DNA from: Octopus sinensis | Lineage: Eukaryota | Direction of reading: 5' to 3' | Length of the DNA: 64,000 nucleotides | Assembly (NCBI RefSeq): GCF_006345805.1 | Contig: NC_043026.1 | Location: 9,300,001-9,364,000 of the forward strand | In this document: positions 60,525 to 64,000 of the stretch, one piece after another | How positions within the stretch are numbered: the first letter of the stretch is position 1 | Layout of the letters: every line of letters begins with the position of its first letter | Notes under the pieces: generated by a model | Database searches by the model: none | What the model was told of the DNA's origin: nothing | Seen by the model: only the letters and a program-made list of their open reading frames with translations | Translations under genes and position numbers: made by a program

Positions 60525-61501
60525 TTTGTCGGAGACAGACGTGTTTGTTTTTGGCGGAGAGTTCTTGCTGCTTGATGTCACGTCTTTCGTCGTGAAATAT
60601 TGAACTTTGAGGCTCGACTACAGGTAGGCGTTTGTCGTATTTTTTGACGGCTTAGTGGAGTTTGTTGCCCTGTATTTAATAATTTTTGGTGAGTAATAGA
60701 CTCCACTCTGCTCCAGACATTTGCCTGCCTGTGGCCGCCTATAAAGACTCACTTTGCAGTGAGAATTGTGTTTTCGAGGAGGCGTAGCCCCTCCGCAAAA
60801 ATTATCTTCGTGTCTGTGGATTACCAAGGAGTACAAGGCAGGAAGGACTGTTTTTGCAAGGTGGACATCAGTGTTTTGGCTCTGGCCAATTACAAGAAAA
60901 AAGAACAAAAACAGAGAAGGTTGTCGAGGCCAGTGATTTTGTTTTATCTGAGCTGGGTGTAATTTGTTATATTGTTATTTTTTGTTAACCAATTTCGCCT
61001 GCTCTCGGTGGCTGCTGTTTTGTGAATTTAGTGGGAATATTTTGAATTCATAAAAAAAACAAAAACAGTGGAGGGACGTATCCTCGCCCTAATGATTAGA
61101 ACCTGTTACAGTTACCGTTGGCTGTAGCCAGTATTGTGTTTGGATTTCTTTTACCAATTACGGGTAAAGACGATTCATACCAAGGAACCTATGTACATTT
61201 GGCCAGGAGTACCTTTTCGGCCGAAAATTAATTTATTTCTTCGCCTGGATTTGAACTCTCTTCTTCAAAGCTTTCGTTTATTTTAAAAAATAAAAGAACT
61301 CGTTTTTGAACTGTTATTTTTTATTTTATTTCTTCCCTTCTTCTTTTTTTGTGTCTTGTTTTATTTTCTTACATTTTGAACTGTAATTGAACTTTGTATT
61401 GAAATGGCAAAGGAATTTCTTGTGTGGGACTTGACAGCTCCCAAAAAATGGTTAAAAGAGCTTGAAAGGAAGACGGTGGTGTTGAGGACTTACTCAAAGT
61501 C
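60525..61501 (+). mobile_element. Tx1/L1-like LINE family B, 3'-deleted copy (same junction as 16607)
   Basis: S3 head at 60491-60524; junction tcaaagtc|aatgactgaaacaag. Confidence 0.7.
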
Positions 61502-63347
61502 AATGACTGAAACAAGTAAAAGAGTAAAGAGTATATAATTGCCATTAGTGTTTTGATAAATAAAACAGAAGCCTGTGTATGAAACTGGTCTTTTTCCTAC
61601 TTCAGTTATTTCATTTTTCTCTTATAAAATACACACATACAGGAGGGGTAAACTATACCAATCATAATACTCTGAATGTGGCTCTCAAGAATGAATAAAA
61701 GCAATTACCCAATTAATGACAGGTATTACTACGAGTAGTTTATAGACATATACACAGCCAAAGGAACCATCTGAACGTGGCCGCTGCCAGCGCAGCCCGT
61801 CTGTCCTCCGTGCAGGTTGCACGTAAAAAGCACCATCCGATCGTAGCTGTTGCCAGCATCGTTTGGCCTCCGTGCCAGTGGCACGTGAAAGCAACCACTA
61901 CACTAACGGAGTGGTTGGCATTAGGAAGGGCATCCAGCTGTAGAAACTTTGTCAGATCAGACTGGGCCTAGTGCAGCCTTCTGGTTTCCCAGACCCCAGT
62001 TGAACCATCAGAAATTTTAACGAACTCGATCTGGAATAGTGGAAGTTGTATCATAGTTGAAATTCTGTAGCATTGGTTATGAGTTTTGCTGGCGAGTTAA
62101 CTGTGGCTGGTCTAGTTTGTGTGCCTGGAGTTACCTTTATATAAAAGAATGACAAGAAGAACCAGGTAAATTCAATGCAACTATTATTTATTACAACCCC
62201 TTATAAAAATACATGGCAAATGTCTTACATATTGTGAAGTAACAGGTTTGGCAAGTTTTAACGAACTCTATCTGGAACAGTGGGAGTTGTATCACAGTTG
62301 AAATTCTGTAGCATCTTCCTGGTTTGGTTCTGTGTGTTGGGCAGCATCGGTTGTTGTGATCTGTCCGTCGCTGTAGAGGAAGTACAAGTTTACCAGGCCA
62401 GAGAGAGAGAGATCAGGAATGAAGACAGAAACAGGAGTGCCGCCACAAAGGAGATACATGGTTACCCAGCCTGAGGGAAATGCAGGAGAAGGAGATAGAG
62501 GGTGGGAGACAACACGATGGAGATAGTGGCAAAATGATGGGCGTATTTACTAGGGAGGGGATTAGAGCATAGATGAGGATGGTTGAGTAAGGGAAGAAAG
62601 AGATATAGATGGTGGCAAGGGCCAGGCCATACCCTTGAGGTTCAAACATCATAATATAAGGGACAGGATACTGCAAAGGCGGCGAGCTAGCAGAAACGTT
62701 AGGCTCTGTGTTCAAATTCCGCCGAGGTCGAATTTGCCTTACATCCTTTCGGGGTAGATTATATAAGTACCAGTTACGCACTGTCAGGGTGCTACCGGAT
62801 AGCAATGATACAGAGGAACAGCACCATGAGGACAGGATTGGGGGAGTGAGAGGTAGGCATAGTGTATGGAAGGAATGTGAAGAAGAGATGTAGATTGGTT
62901 TGTTGGGGGTAGGGTGTGTAAAAAGTTTTCTTGTTACATGTGGGTGGAAGACATAGGTTGAGGGCAAGCCAGTAGCAATAATACAGTAAGACAGGAAATG
63001 GGGGTGGAACATACAGGTCAGGACTAGTGGAGAGCAATGCTACAGTGAGACAGGGCAGGACTGTATTTAAAATATCCGATCGTGGCCGTTTGCCAGCCTC
63101 GTCTGGCACCTGTGCAGGTGGCACGTAAAAAGCACCCACTACACTCACAGAGTGGTTGGCATTAGGAAGGGCATCCAGCTGTAGAAACACTGCCAGATCA
63201 GCCAACTTGGTGCATCTAGTGTCCACTCTTTAGAATTTAAACCAGCCATATCTGGCCCAAATATTCTACCTATTTTATGATCAAACTAGTCAGAGTCGGC
63301 TTCTTACACCTACCCTGCAATGTCATTGTGAAAATACACAATCATAT

Positions 63348-64000
63348 TGTTACGAGGGGGGGGGATCCTCCGTCGAACGAAAGCTGTTACGGAATCCCTC
63401 ACACAGGCCCGTTCGATCAGCGAATAATTGCCACGGAAACTCGGAGAGGAGAGAGAGATACAACAACAACAACAACAGCAGCAGCAGCACAGAGGCAATC
63501 GAGAGAGACACAATGAAGGCAAGGCAATTGGCTACGTTAACGTACTAGTTTATATGACTATTCAATTGTTACAGCATCAAATACATTTCAGATACACTTA
63601 AAAGAGGATATGCAAGTAACAACTCAATACATCATACAGGTATACCACAGATCAAAGCATTTAAACTGTCCAGTAACAACACATCTAGTTCAATGACAAC
63701 AGCAATTCAAGAGTACACGTCTGGAGACAACAGTTCTATTTCAAATCACATTAAAGGCATATACAATGTTCATTACACAGTTCTCTCTTCAACAACTCTG
63801 TACACAATGTCTTTACACAGTTCACATCGTTCTTTTCACAGTCTCATTTCTTTTCAACATTTCAATACATCGATTCTTTTTCCTTCTTTTTCTTCACATA
63901 TCAATACACAATTCACGTACCTTGGTTCCTACTAGAATAGCCAATGTCCCATATTGCACCTCATCTCTCTCAGTGCTGCTAACTCCAACTTGCCAAACTC
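63348..64000. mobile_element. Unit-specific insertion starting TGTTACG, possibly an LTR; runs off the window
   Basis: Homology to the B-type 3' flank (…aaaatacacaatcatat|catcaaa in other units) breaks exactly at 63347/63348; the new sequence begins with TG. No second LTR or ORF is visible. Confidence 0.4.

Overview
Eukaryotic, AT-rich, repeat-dense DNA that looks like an octopus (coleoid cephalopod) C2H2 zinc-finger gene cluster; the taxon is inferred from the SINE/RTE/Penelope landscape and the ZNF style. The window holds ten paralogous effector-less ZNF loci, numbered 1-10 left to right. Each has its whole ORF in one exon: a 24-26 aa leader MEKSEK..., 11-22 tandem 28-aa fingers and a QGKKQSH tail. 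Eight ORFs are intact. ZNF1 has one frameshift and a dead last finger. ZNF6 is a 5'-deleted pseudogene fused to a LINE. Two sub-families (A: leader xKE(Q/H)I..RQ; B: leader LKDLTF) lie in 10-14 kb segmental duplicates as convergent A(+)/B(-) pairs, with divergent promoters between units. Both sub-families share a conserved promoter and non-coding exon 1 (NRF1-like TGCGCATGCGTA ... CATTTCC|GTAAGT) and a common splice acceptor. ZNF5, ZNF8 and ZNF10 lack this module, and A-type ZNF7 sits under a B-type promoter. Flanking indel markers and finger sequences show mosaic exchange between copies. Mobile elements: two related Tx1/L1-like LINE families inserted at nearly the same point of one tRNA-derived SINE, Penelope-like fragments with several hammerhead ribozyme motifs (one fully canonical, in the sense strand of the ZNF3 intron), an RT-deleted Gypsy LTR element, and CR1 and RTE 3' ends that have spawned 123-bp and 65-bp minisatellites. 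All calls are by eye; no database search or folding program was run.
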